A stretch of DNA of 64,000 nt, taken from a virus. The stretch is from positions 288,001-352,000 of the IMG/VR virus record IMGVR_UViG_3300045988_174371, one strand, 5' to 3'. Positions 17,244 to 26,879 of the stretch are shown in pieces (within the stretch, counting starts at the first letter, position 1; the number at the start of each line of letters is the position of its first letter). Under the pieces are notes generated by a model that worked only from the letters and a program-made list of their open reading frames with translations, was not told where the DNA came from and did not search any database. The translations under genes were made by a program, and so were the position numbers.

Positions 17244-17252
17244 TATATAGCA
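17244..17252 (-). promoter_or_regulatory. extended -10 box TGCTATATA upstream of the adhesin gene
   Basis: The minus strand reads TGcTATATA, about 125 nt upstream of the ATG at 17118. Confidence 0.4.
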
Positions 17253-17324
17253 TCAGCACCCGCCGTGCATACCCCGAAGGCACAGGGAAAATAAAGAACC
17301 CCCGAAAATGTTCCCAGGGCACAG

Positions 17325-17372
17325 AATGAGTGGGGAGCTAATTCGAACACTCGAACTAACACCCCACTCATT
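17325..17372. terminator. hairpin downstream of tRNA-Thr
   Basis: aatgagtgggg ... ccccactcatt. Confidence 0.5.
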
Positions 17373-17390
17373 GCCATATTGAGTTATGAG

Positions 17391-17462
17391 AGCCGGTTGT
17401 CGGAATCGAACCGACGACTTGCAATTTACGAGATTGCCGCTCTACCACTGAGCTAAACCGGC
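17391..17462 (-). tRNA. tRNA-Thr(CGU)
   Basis: The reverse complement is GCCGGTTTAGCTCAGTGGTAGAGC G GCAAT CTCGTAA ATTGC ... GTCGGTTCGATTCCGAC AACCGGC T. Confidence 0.9.
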
Positions 17463-17561
17463 ATGAACAACGAAAAGAGCGAAAACACACCATTGCTCTA
17501 AGGATAGTACATGCGTACCATCAATACGTGTAATACAAAGGTTAGTACTTCTCGTTGCCCG

Positions 17562-17635
17562 TCGGGATGACAGGATTCGAACCTGTGACCCTCTGCTCCC
17601 AAAGCAGATGCGCTACCAAACTGCGCCACACCCCG
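17562..17635 (-). tRNA. tRNA-Pro(UGG)
   Basis: The reverse complement is CGGGGTGTGGCGCAGTTTGGTAGCGC A TCTGC TTTGGGA GCAGA ... ACAGGTTCGAATCCTGT CATCCCG A. Confidence 0.9.
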
Positions 17636-17785
17636 GAAAGATAAGCTCTAAGACTGAATGATGAACGCATTCGATAGTGTCCAGCATTCTGACTAGCGCT
17701 TACTTTACCAGCTGAAAGCTATGAGGCTCTATCCCGCTAGGGGACGCTAACCTCATAGCCCCAACCGGCTTTGGTCTTAATTATC

Positions 17786-18571
17786 TTACCCCAAGCTTGC
17801 AGACAATTGCAAGTCACGAGACTCACTTTCCCGTATGACATGCATCACACCAGCCCAGTCAAGCCTGAAAGTCTCTACAGTACATAGCAAACTGTCAAGA
17901 GGAATCGGATAGAAGTAAGCCATACAGCACCTCAGGAACTCTGCTACCAGCGGCAAATCGGCGTTAAGGCAGATGTCGAATAGGTCACGGTTCTCGCCCT
18001 CAGCGATGGGTAGGAGCCAGTCGGTTGAGGTGCTCAGGAAGTCCTCGATAACTTTTCGAGCATGTCCTTCAGGCGTATCCGCCTGCAAGTCCACTTCCTT
18101 ATTCTTAATAACCTCAACGTCCCCGAAGTCTGCGCCATTCACTTTAGGGATGACATACAGTTGCAGGAAGTTGTAGATAGGGTTGGAAATCTCTGGTGAT
18201 AGCAGGAGCGCCCGAGCGTCCGCAGGAACATTCCAGCCCGTAGCGTCGATAGTTGCCGCCGCTTTCCCAGAAACACCATCGCCCTTTACCGTGGTACCCT
18301 CCGCATCATCTCCCTCAGAGTCACCTGTAGTCGTGATACCAGCTTCCGCTAGGATGTTAGCGAGTGTAAAGTCCTCCTCTGAGGGGATGTACCCCTCAGG
18401 TCGGGCGCGCCACAAGAAAATGCCTGTAACATCGAGCACTCTATGCCCCGAACTCTCAGCGGAATCTGAAACCGGAGTCATATTCACGATAGGGATACCA
18501 GCCAAATACTGAAAGTCCAGACCAGGCTCTTCGGGCTTCGTCGGACTCAAAGGAGTTGAGTGATTACTCAT
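17786..18571 (-). CDS. hypothetical protein (261 aa)
   Basis: Co-directional ORF. Its start overlaps the upstream stop (TAATG), which suggests translational coupling. Confidence 0.65.
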   Translation of the reverse strand: MSNHSTPLSPTKPEEPGLDFQYLAGIPIVNMTPVSDSAESSGHRVLDVTGIFLWRARPEGYIPSEEDFTLANILAEAGITTTGDSEGDDAEGTTVKGDGVSGKAAATIDATGWNVPADARALLLSPEISNPIYNFLQLYVIPKVNGADFGDVEVIKNKEVDLQADTPEGHARKVIEDFLSTSTDWLLPIAEGENRDLFDICLNADLPLVAEFLRCCMAYFYPIPLDSLLCTVETFRLDWAGVMHVIRESESRDLQLSASLG

Positions 18572-18861
18572 TAGAAGGGTGCCTCCTGACGCGCATCAAC
18601 TAGACCAGCCACATATGAAAGCGCCTCTACAGGGGTAGGAGCCCGGTTAAGGTTCCTTGAATAAGCGATAGCTTCCACAGCAAGCGCCTCAGCTGGAGTG
18701 CCAGAATAATTCCTGCTCCTATATAGCTTCTGCGCCACAGCGGTCAATGCACCACTCTCATCGGCATTCAGGCGAGCCTGCCAGAACCCCACGGTGAGGG
18801 TGGTCATCGGGACACGCCGCAAAGCACCTTGTGTACGGCGAGAAAACTTATGATAAGCCAT
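18571..18861 (-). CDS. hypothetical protein (about 96 aa)
   Basis: ATG at 18861 (MAYHKF) preceded by GGAGG with a 4-nt spacer. The longer ORF-track start lies inside terminator 18957-18999. Confidence 0.6.
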   Translation of the reverse strand: MAYHKFSRRTQGALRRVPMTTLTVGFWQARLNADESGALTAVAQKLYRSRNYSGTPAEALAVEAIAYSRNLNRAPTPVEALSYVAGLVDARQEAPF

Positions 18862-18901
18862 ACATCCTCCAAAGGTAGTAGCGAACCTATTAGCACTAAA
18901 C

Positions 18902-18910
18902 ATGGTACCA
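18902..18910 (-). promoter_or_regulatory. extended -10 box TGGTACCAT
   Basis: The minus strand reads TGgTACCAT, about 40 nt upstream of the ATG at 18861. Confidence 0.4.
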
Positions 18911-18956
18911 CTAAACCCACACCCACGCACCTTAACCGGAAACACCTGAGACAAAA

Positions 18957-18999
18957 AGGATGGGGAACCTAAGCGTGAAAACCTTAGGTTCCCCATCCT
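18957..18999. terminator. intrinsic terminator downstream of paralogue P1
   Basis: 17-bp perfect stem aggatggggaacctaag / cttaggttccccatcct, followed by UUUUUG on the minus strand. Confidence 0.8.
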
Positions 19000-19038
19000 G
19001 TAGTGCCCCTATTCGCTGGCTAGGAGCATCGTCCGAAA

Positions 19039-21551
19039 TTACCAGACTCGAAGCTTATCGCCGTACCTGTTCTTATCAGAGATTGGCTGAACGTTAAGCG
19101 TCTGGTCTTCCATCTCGTAGCGGCGCAACACGTTCTGAATAGCATACTCAGAAGTGGTAGCCTGGAAAGCAGTTGCCCTGCTACCGTCAGGGTCACTCAA
19201 CCTGTCCATCGGCGTAAGGTTCTCACGTATCTGAACCATCAGCCCCTTCTTATCGTCTACAACGACGTAAGTCTCACGAGTGCCATCCTTATCTGGAGCA
19301 TTACCAATAATAAGGTTGCCCTTCTCAGCGTCCTCAATCTTCACAGACTCAGTGTTCCAGTTCACACGCCTAGATGCCACAGGGTTATGCTCCGTGAGCC
19401 TCGGCTCAAACGCGCCCGCGAACTCATCAGCCTGCGCCGTAATCATATCGCGCTTACGTCGAGCACTATTCATGATGGATACACGAGTTTCCGGCGAAAC
19501 GTCAGGGTGCTCACTAAGGATACGCTTCATGTCCTCAGCCTCATTGTACTGTTTCACCGGCTCACGCTTAGAAGCCTTAAACTCCTTCGCGTTAGCGTCA
19601 AACTCCACCTTACCAGCATCAATCTGCTCCTTGAGGTACTTCCTCACCTCACGCTTGAGCGCACCTTCGTTACCTGCCTTGAGCGCATTACTGGACTTAC
19701 TGATGGCGGGCATACCGAACTGCTTGCGGGCAACCTCATAAAGCTTCCCGGCGTCCATAGAGTCCACACCATCCGCAAGCTCCCTATTGCGGCGAGACTG
19801 CTCAGTTAGAGCACTCTCACGTTCCTTAAGGTAGTTCGTCACATTATCAAACATCTCCCCATAGGTTCCACTACCTTCATAGGTGCTCACAATACCAGGG
19901 TCAGCAGAGCTACGCCCAGCACGGAAATGACCGCCGTTATCGAGTGCCGCATACTCGTATAGCTCATCCTCATTAGAGTAAACGCGGGCACCGCCTGAGT
20001 GAAGCAGGTTCGTACCATCAAGGTCATGCATCGCACCAGTCTTCAGGTTCACATGACCCCACAACGCCCCATTAGGCGCACGCAGGGAACCGTCTTCCCC
20101 AATCTTGTAAACGAGAGCGTCTTGGTCGTTTAGCATGACGTAAGCGCCAGGCTTGACCTTTGCCTTCAACTTCGCGCCAGCTTCCTTGTGGTAAGCCTTC
20201 ACAGCTGGCGAAGAATCATGCAGATAGAAGTTCTTACTGATAGGTGAATTTTTCAGCTGGTCAAGGCTGGAAGTATTGGACTTAATACTTGCCTTAATAT
20301 CCTCCAGCTTCGCCGGGCCACTCTTTCGCGCCGCCTCATGCTTTGCATTAGTCGCATCCTTAAGCGCATCACCATACTTCTCAGCGTACAGCTGGTGACG
20401 CAACTTATTCAGCTCAACCTCCGGGTTCAACCCAAGCTTGGACAGCTCATCAGGCGACACATCCCCCATGTAACGCCCCCAAGCCTCACTACTATCAATG
20501 CCGTCATTGTGAATGACATCTGCGTTGATATGGTTATAAGCCGCCTTACGGAAGTATGGGTTAGAGTCCCCGGATACTGAATCATCATATTCTGCATAAT
20601 TGCGTCATTGACTTGGTTGCCATCTTCACCGTAGTCAGTGATAGAACGCCAAGCGCGAGTATCGCGCTCACCAGCAACACCATCATACGCCGCGTCAGCC
20701 GCCTCATTAAGGAGCTTAAACTCATCCTCATAGTTAGAGGCAATAGTCCGCTCCTCAACGTTCAGTTGGTCAGTCTGACCTGTGCGCATAGCCGTCAAAG
20801 CTACCCCAAAGTTATGGTACTCACCTTCCAGAGCCTTGTAGTAATCGCCGCCCCTGTCCCCATAAGAGTAAGAGTACCCTTGCCTGTCCAATGCAGGCGG
20901 AAGCTCCTCAAAGTCGCTCCTAGCAGACATCTTGTAGGTACTGAGAACTTCCTGGAACTTAGCGAAACCCTCTTCCGTTTCCAGGTCAATGTCTTCCGGC
21001 TTAGACCTTTGAACCAGCGGGTGCGTCTCACCTGTCAAAGAGTCTCGCAATGAAGCCTCTCGCTTAGCCATAAATTCGCCAACAGCTTCACTCATTGACG
21101 CGGGAGGCTCATAATCCTCATAATCATCGTCATCCTCCAGGTCACCCAAATTAGCGCTCAGCGCTTCTCGAAGTTCCTTCAACCCATCAGACTCAGCCTC
21201 AACGGTAGGTTCCTCTGCTACGACATCCTTACCTACGTTCTCGCGGGCGTACTTCGGGTCAGTCGGCTCACCAGCCAGTAGGTGAGCAATATCTTCAGGG
21301 AAGCCCATTTCAACCGCTTCATCGAACGGAATTTTCGACTCGCCCATAGCCTGAACGTGAATCTGGTACCCTTCCCTTAGGGTGGGTTCAAGAGACTGGA
21401 AAGCATTAGAAACTTCTTCCAAGTAGTTGTGCGCTTCCGAAGGGTCTGCGAAGTGGTTACCGTAAGGGCAACGTCCCTTATCGGCGCGGCATGTACCGCT
21501 GGTGAGTTCACCCTTCTTATTGAAACCTACGTGAGTTTTCTGTGCTGTCAT
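19039..21551 (-). pseudogene. P-family paralogue P1, disrupted by a 1-nt frameshift near 20600 (ORFs 20427-21551 and 19039-20604)
   Basis: The N-terminal ORF matches the first ~315 aa of P2-P4. The second frame is open from 20604 (RNYAEYDDSVSGDSNPYFRKAAYNHINADVIHNDG...) and matches the remainder. The combined length of ~836 aa equals the intact paralogues. Confidence 0.75.
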
Positions 21552-21584
21552 ATTAGTTATCTATCCTTTTCATTGTTTCAAGTG

Positions 21585-21630
21585 TGCGGTGTGCGCCATG
21601 TAAGCAATAAGCCACATGGCGCACACCGCA
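21585..21630. other. 17-bp perfect stem-loop without U-tract, 33 nt upstream of the P1 start
   Basis: tgcggtgtgcgccatgt / acatggcgcacaccgca. Confidence 0.7.
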
Positions 21631-21658
21631 TATTGCCCTCTATCGGGCGAAAAATGTC

Positions 21659-24187
21659 TTACCAGAGAATAAGGTCGTAATCGTTATCACTCTCGTAAGG
21701 CATATCCAGGACTTCAAGGCTAGTATCGCCCATCTTGTAGCGGTTAAGGATGTCAGTGACCGCATAGTCGGAAGTCATAGACTGATGGCTATCAGGAACC
21801 AATAGACCCTTAGAGTCGCTAGTGCTCTTCGCGTTCCTATGCTGTGAAGTGACCGTATGGAGAGGCACCATGCGCCCCTTCTCGCGGTCTACCACAACAA
21901 ACGTAGGATGCTGGTCTTTCTCCTTATCCACTGAGTTGAACAGAATGTCGCCAGTTCGAGCATACTTAGGTGCCACACGCTTATTGTCCCAGACCCTACG
22001 CCTATGGGCGGATGGGTTGTTCTCAGTGAGCTTAGGCTCAAAAGCTCCCGCAAACTCATCGCCCTGCGTGGTGACACGGTTACGTGAACGCCTTGCCGCA
22101 TTGATGATAGACATCTTCGTGGCTACAGGGGTGGTAGTGCCCAACAAATCAACAAGAGACTTCTTAGGCTTGTAGTCACTCAACGGCTTACGGTTAGCCT
22201 TGACGATACTGCCAGTCTTCGGGTTGTACTTAGCCTTACCGTCATTAAACTGCTTCTCCAAGAAATCCTGAACCATGATTTCTTTCTTAAACTGCCCCTC
22301 AGCACTATTGTCATCAGCAAGTTCCTTGTCGAAGGCGGGCATCCCAAACCTTGACGTAGCAACCTTGTACAGCTCGCTAGTGTCCTTGCCGCTAATTGCA
22401 GTGCTGTACTCCTGACGGATGGTTGAAGCATGGGCTAGAGCTTTCTCTTCACGCTTCAAATACTCCAGAGCACGCGCATATTTCTTCGCGTACTTCGGGT
22501 CGTCCTCGTAGCGGGAGCGGTAGCCAGGGTCGGAAGAAACAATCTCATCGTCAGCCAATCCCGGACGGTCATCAAGCGCCGCATGGCTAATCAGCTCATT
22601 CTCATCAGCGTAAACAGTGACACCGCCACTATCTCGCGTAACGTTCCTACCGTGAGCGTTATACACCTTGCCCGACTTCGTATCCACGTAGCCCCACGTC
22701 TTACCATCAGGAGTAATGAGCGCGCCTTCATCGTCAATCTGGTACACCTCAGCATCGTGCCCGTGAAGCATGACGTATGCGCCTGGCTTCAGCTTCTCCG
22801 CAACACGGCGACCTGACTCCTCATAATAATCGTTCGCAAGGAAATTGTCGTCCCTATATGCGAATGGCTTCTCCAAGATGGAGCTATCTACTGACCTGGG
22901 GATGGTTCCGTAGGCTTCTATGTTCGCCTTAATCTCATCAACGTACAAGCCCTTAGCGGTCGCATTCGCGGACTTCTTCGCGCCTGCGTCCTTAGCGAGC
23001 ATGTCAGTGTACTTATTGATGAACATGCGGTGACGGAACCTATTCATCTCAATGTCTGGCTCGTACCCCATCTCAGTAGGAGCACTTCGCGGTATGCCGT
23101 AGGGTCCAATGACGCGATGCCAGTCAGCATCCCCTGCTACACCGTCATTGTGGATAAGGTCGCCGTTAATAGCTTCATCCGCCTGCCTGCGGAGCGACTT
23201 GTCTTCCCCTTTCATCTTCCTGAAAAGAGTGTCTTGGGTAATCAAGTCGTTAATTTCGTTGCCGAACTCGCCATAGTTTGCCATAGTCCTGAACGCTGGC
23301 GACCCTGGGAGATATATCCCCTGCGCATCATAGGCTTTACCAGCCTCATAATCAGTTTCAATATGGCTCAACAGGACATTGTTAATCATGTCTCGACGGG
23401 CTTTGTCGCGCTCATCCAGTCGCTCAAGGTTCCCGGTACGAAGAGCATTAACTGCTCCTGCGTACCTGTGAAGTTCCTTCTTCATCCGGTCACGGTCGCC
23501 GTTAGGGTCATGCCCCTCATAGATTGCGTCACGCAAGTAAGGGGACATTGCTTCAAACTCTTCCCCGTCCGAAAGCCTATAACTGTCCAGTACCTTACGG
23601 AAAAGGCGATACCCTTCATCTGTATCCAATTCAATCGGAACCATAGGGTACCTATCATGGTCAATCCCTGCGGCACCTATCTCCTCTAGAAGTTTAGCCT
23701 TAGGGTTCGAGGCATCCACGGATGCTACCTTAGGTTCCTCCTGGGGGGGGGTGGGGGCGGCTTCTTTCGACTCAGGTTCAGCTCCCATAGGTGAGCCCTT
23801 AGGCTCCTCAACGGGTTCCTCCTTTACCTCTGACACCTCAGAGACAGGCTCAGTGGGCTCAACGTCCTTGCCGACGTTCTCGCGCGCGTACTTCGGGTCA
23901 GTCGGCTCACCAGCCAGTAGGTGAGCAATATCTTCAGGGAAGCCCATTTCAACCGCTTCATCGAACGGAATTTTCGACTCGCCCATAGCCTGAACGTGAA
24001 TCTGGTACCCTTCCCTTAGGGTGGGTTCAATGCTCTGGAATGCTAGTGAGACCTCCTCAAGGTAGTTATGGGCTTCGGCGGGGTCTGCGAAGTGGTTACC
24101 GTAAGGACAACGACCCTTCTCGGCGCGGCATGTACCGCTGGTGAGTTCACCCTTCTTGTTGAATCCTACGTGGGTTTTCTGTGCCAT
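21659..24187 (-). CDS. P-family paralogue P2 (about 842 aa), N-terminal His/Cys knuckle
   Basis: MAQKTHVGFNKKGELTSGTCRAEKGRCPYGNHFADPAEAHNYLEEV. An acidic/Pro linker is followed by conserved central and C-terminal regions, and the protein ends in ...LILW. Confidence 0.85.
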   Translation of the reverse strand: MAQKTHVGFNKKGELTSGTCRAEKGRCPYGNHFADPAEAHNYLEEVSLAFQSIEPTLREGYQIHVQAMGESKIPFDEAVEMGFPEDIAHLLAGEPTDPKYARENVGKDVEPTEPVSEVSEVKEEPVEEPKGSPMGAEPESKEAAPTPPQEEPKVASVDASNPKAKLLEEIGAAGIDHDRYPMVPIELDTDEGYRLFRKVLDSYRLSDGEEFEAMSPYLRDAIYEGHDPNGDRDRMKKELHRYAGAVNALRTGNLERLDERDKARRDMINNVLLSHIETDYEAGKAYDAQGIYLPGSPAFRTMANYGEFGNEINDLITQDTLFRKMKGEDKSLRRQADEAINGDLIHNDGVAGDADWHRVIGPYGIPRSAPTEMGYEPDIEMNRFRHRMFINKYTDMLAKDAGAKKSANATAKGLYVDEIKANIEAYGTIPRSVDSSILEKPFAYRDDNFLANDYYEESGRRVAEKLKPGAYVMLHGHDAEVYQIDDEGALITPDGKTWGYVDTKSGKVYNAHGRNVTRDSGGVTVYADENELISHAALDDRPGLADDEIVSSDPGYRSRYEDDPKYAKKYARALEYLKREEKALAHASTIRQEYSTAISGKDTSELYKVATSRFGMPAFDKELADDNSAEGQFKKEIMVQDFLEKQFNDGKAKYNPKTGSIVKANRKPLSDYKPKKSLVDLLGTTTPVATKMSIINAARRSRNRVTTQGDEFAGAFEPKLTENNPSAHRRRVWDNKRVAPKYARTGDILFNSVDKEKDQHPTFVVVDREKGRMVPLHTVTSQHRNAKSTSDSKGLLVPDSHQSMTSDYAVTDILNRYKMGDTSLEVLDMPYESDNDYDLILW

Positions 24188-24268
24188 AATGTTATCCAAT
24201 CAAAAGATGCTTTTACTATGGTGTTTGTTATAGGCGGCTTATCGGTCGTTGATTTCCGCTTATAACAC

Positions 24269-24278
24269 CTATATATCA
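24269..24278 (-). promoter_or_regulatory. extended -10 box TGATATATAG upstream of P2
   Basis: The minus strand reads TGaTATATA, directly after hairpin 24277-24339. Confidence 0.4.
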
Positions 24279-24339
24279 GGGGTGGGCGCCTCATTGCTGA
24301 ATAGGAATCCCTACAGCACGTGTGAGGCACCCGCCCCTG
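24277..24339. terminator. imperfect long-loop hairpin downstream of P3
   Basis: caggggtgggcgcctca ... tgaggcacccgcccctg, with one wobble and one mismatch. Confidence 0.45.
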
Positions 24340-24363
24340 GAACTACATCCGTCACCTATCGCG

Positions 24364-26748
24364 CTACCATAGTTCCAAGTCGTCATTATCTTCAAAGGAG
24401 ACGTTCTGCACGTTGAGGGATGAATCCTCTACCTGGTGGCGGTGTTCTATATTCTCAATCGTGTACTCAGAAGCCAGTGCGTTAATTCCGGTTGAGGTGG
24501 GGGTGGTGTCCAGCCTATCCACGGGTATCTTGTTGTTGCGGATAGCCGCGATACTGCCTTTCTCCCTATCAACTACCACGTAGACATCGCGAGTGCCATC
24601 AGGTTTAGCTTTCTTACTGTAGAGCAGATTGCCGTTCTCGGCTTCACGCAGAGACATCTTCTTAGCGTTACCCCAATTCCTGCGCCTATGCGCCGATGGG
24701 TTACTCTCAGAGATTTTCTCCTCAAACATACCAGCAAATCGGTCTGCCTGAGAAGTGACCATATCGCGTTGCCGCCTTGCCGCATTAACAAGAGAAACCT
24801 TCACCTCAATAGGCAAAGACCCGTCTATCGTGTCATAGGGACTCCCTGTGGGGGCGAAGGACTCCACATTCGGTCGCTTCGCGGGAACGATAGTTTGCCT
24901 CTTAGATGAGTAGCGGATAGAGCCCTCGTCAATTTTCTTGTCCAAGTAATTGTGGAGAGCTCTCCTGCCTGGCTCGTCAAGCTTGCCTCTGAGCTTTGCT
25001 ATGGGCGGCATCTCAAACCGCTCCACCGCAAGCTTATACATCGCATCAGGCGTAGGGTGCCCAGCTAGGAGGCTCTTCTCCCTATTGCGGGCGGCACGCT
25101 CCCTCGCGGCACGTTCTTTACGGCGGAAGAAGTTCAATACGCGCTTGAAGGGTCGCTTATACTTTGGCTCTTGCTCATACTTGCTGAAGCGCCCTGGGTC
25201 TGCCGAATCCTTACCTGCCTCGTCGTGAGGTGAATCGTCAAGAGCGGCGTACTGCATCAACTCTGCCTCATTCTCATATACGCGGGCACCACTTGTGGTG
25301 AACACTTCGTGACCGTCCTGCCCAATGATAACGCCGGTTTCGTAGTCCACTCGCCCCCATACACCACCACTGGTTGTTCGCAGGTTACCGTCCTCGTCCA
25401 GGCGGTACACTTCAGCGTCTTGCCCATTAAGCATCACAAAAGCGCCAGGCTTAAGCTTCTCACGGGTGCGCTTAACTGCTGACTGGTAGTACTCTTCGGA
25501 GATAACCCTCTTATCTTTACTTACGTAAGATGGTTCCCATTTAGGGGTTCCAGTGCTTTGGGGAGCCTTAGGGGTAGGCGGTTGGTTCTCAAGCATAGCT
25601 TGTTTCCTGAGGGCGGCTTCTTTCCTGAACTTGCTGTCTTGAAGCTCGCTCAGGTACATCCGTACAGCTCTAGAATGCTTTTCTGTAGCCATAGTGAGCT
25701 CAAGCTGTGCCTGTAGCTTCTCGTCACCGTCTTCCATCTTGCCGATAGCTTTAATGAGCTCATCGTAATTCGGCTTATGTGGGTCTTCTGGTGGTACCCC
25801 ATATTTTGCCCGCAGTGCCGCCGCAAGGCGCTCACTCTGCCCCCTAACTGCTTCACGATGAATGAGTTTACCATTGATTGCCTTACGCGCCTCCAGGAAC
25901 TCGCTATACGTATCGCCATTCGACATCTCCGCAAGCCTATCCTGAATAAGCCTGTCTTCCAGCTCATGACCATCTTCACCGTAATCAGTGACAAATTTCC
26001 ACTTGTCATCATCATCGGTCTTCTTCACAGGTATGCCCTGCTCAGCGGATGCCTGCCTCATGACTTCCTTAAAGTACCTGGCGCGCGCAGTAAGCTCCAC
26101 CACCCGCTCGGCATCAGCCGAAGAAATCTCGTCAGTCAAACCCAAACGCATCTTCGCCAAGGTCTTACCGAACCTACGGTATTCCTCAACGAAATTGTCC
26201 TTCTTCACGTCACCCTCACCCTCCAAGGTTTTAATGTCTTCGAGGATATACGGCGGAGGTGAGTCGAAATCTTCCGGCGCTGACACCTTATAGCCCCGCA
26301 AGATTGTGTACATCTTGCGGACATCATCAGGGTTATCCAAGTCCAGCTTAGGGGCTTTGCCGCTACCCTCCTGAAACTCGCTCTCGCTCTCCACAATGAG
26401 TGGCGCAGACTCACCCTTAACCTCTGCTTCGACGTACTCTCGGGCGTACTTCGGGTCGGTAGGCTCACCTGCAAGAAGCTTCGCAACCTCCTCAGGGAAA
26501 CCCTTAGCTTCAGCAACTTCTAGAGGTATCTTACTGAATCCACCTTCCTGCTTCGCCTGCTCATCGATATAGCCTTTAAGCTCCGGGGACAGAGAATTGA
26601 CAAGCTCTGACGTGCGCTCTAGATAGTCATGAGCATCTGATGGGTCGGAAAAGTGGTTGCCGTAAGGGCAACGACCCTTCTTCGCGTCGCACTTACCGCT
26701 AGTGAGCTCACCCTTCTTATTGAACCCAACGTGAGTTTTGTTTTCCAT
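24364..26748 (-). CDS. P-family paralogue P3 (about 794 aa)
   Basis: MENKTHVGFNKKGELTSGKCDAKKGRCPYGNHFSDPSDAHDYLE. There is an alternative ATG at 26760. The protein ends in ...LELW. Confidence 0.85.
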   Translation of the reverse strand: MENKTHVGFNKKGELTSGKCDAKKGRCPYGNHFSDPSDAHDYLERTSELVNSLSPELKGYIDEQAKQEGGFSKIPLEVAEAKGFPEEVAKLLAGEPTDPKYAREYVEAEVKGESAPLIVESESEFQEGSGKAPKLDLDNPDDVRKMYTILRGYKVSAPEDFDSPPPYILEDIKTLEGEGDVKKDNFVEEYRRFGKTLAKMRLGLTDEISSADAERVVELTARARYFKEVMRQASAEQGIPVKKTDDDDKWKFVTDYGEDGHELEDRLIQDRLAEMSNGDTYSEFLEARKAINGKLIHREAVRGQSERLAAALRAKYGVPPEDPHKPNYDELIKAIGKMEDGDEKLQAQLELTMATEKHSRAVRMYLSELQDSKFRKEAALRKQAMLENQPPTPKAPQSTGTPKWEPSYVSKDKRVISEEYYQSAVKRTREKLKPGAFVMLNGQDAEVYRLDEDGNLRTTSGGVWGRVDYETGVIIGQDGHEVFTTSGARVYENEAELMQYAALDDSPHDEAGKDSADPGRFSKYEQEPKYKRPFKRVLNFFRRKERAARERAARNREKSLLAGHPTPDAMYKLAVERFEMPPIAKLRGKLDEPGRRALHNYLDKKIDEGSIRYSSKRQTIVPAKRPNVESFAPTGSPYDTIDGSLPIEVKVSLVNAARRQRDMVTSQADRFAGMFEEKISESNPSAHRRRNWGNAKKMSLREAENGNLLYSKKAKPDGTRDVYVVVDREKGSIAAIRNNKIPVDRLDTTPTSTGINALASEYTIENIEHRHQVEDSSLNVQNVSFEDNDDLELW

Positions 26749-26779
26749 AGTGTCTTCCATCTTTCAACATGCATTTAGC

Positions 26780-26820
26780 AGTAGTGGGGGTGAAAGTCGA
26801 AAACCTTCACCCCCACTACT
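26780..26820. other. 15-bp perfect stem-loop without U-tract, about 30 nt upstream of the P3 start
   Basis: agtagtgggggtgaa / ttcacccccactact. A TATAGT hexamer abuts it at 26822-26827 (minus strand). Confidence 0.7.
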
Positions 26821-26879
26821 AACTATATATCGCATATAACCAGCGCTATGAAGCACCTACCAGTAAGGTTGTATGTATA

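Noticed and set aside
20427-20469. Programmed ribosomal frameshifting at the 43-nt overlap of the two P1 ORFs.
   Set aside because: The homology breakpoint is about 130 nt upstream of that overlap, near 20603. It has no slippery heptamer, homopolymer or downstream pseudoknot-like structure. A simple 1-nt indel explains it.
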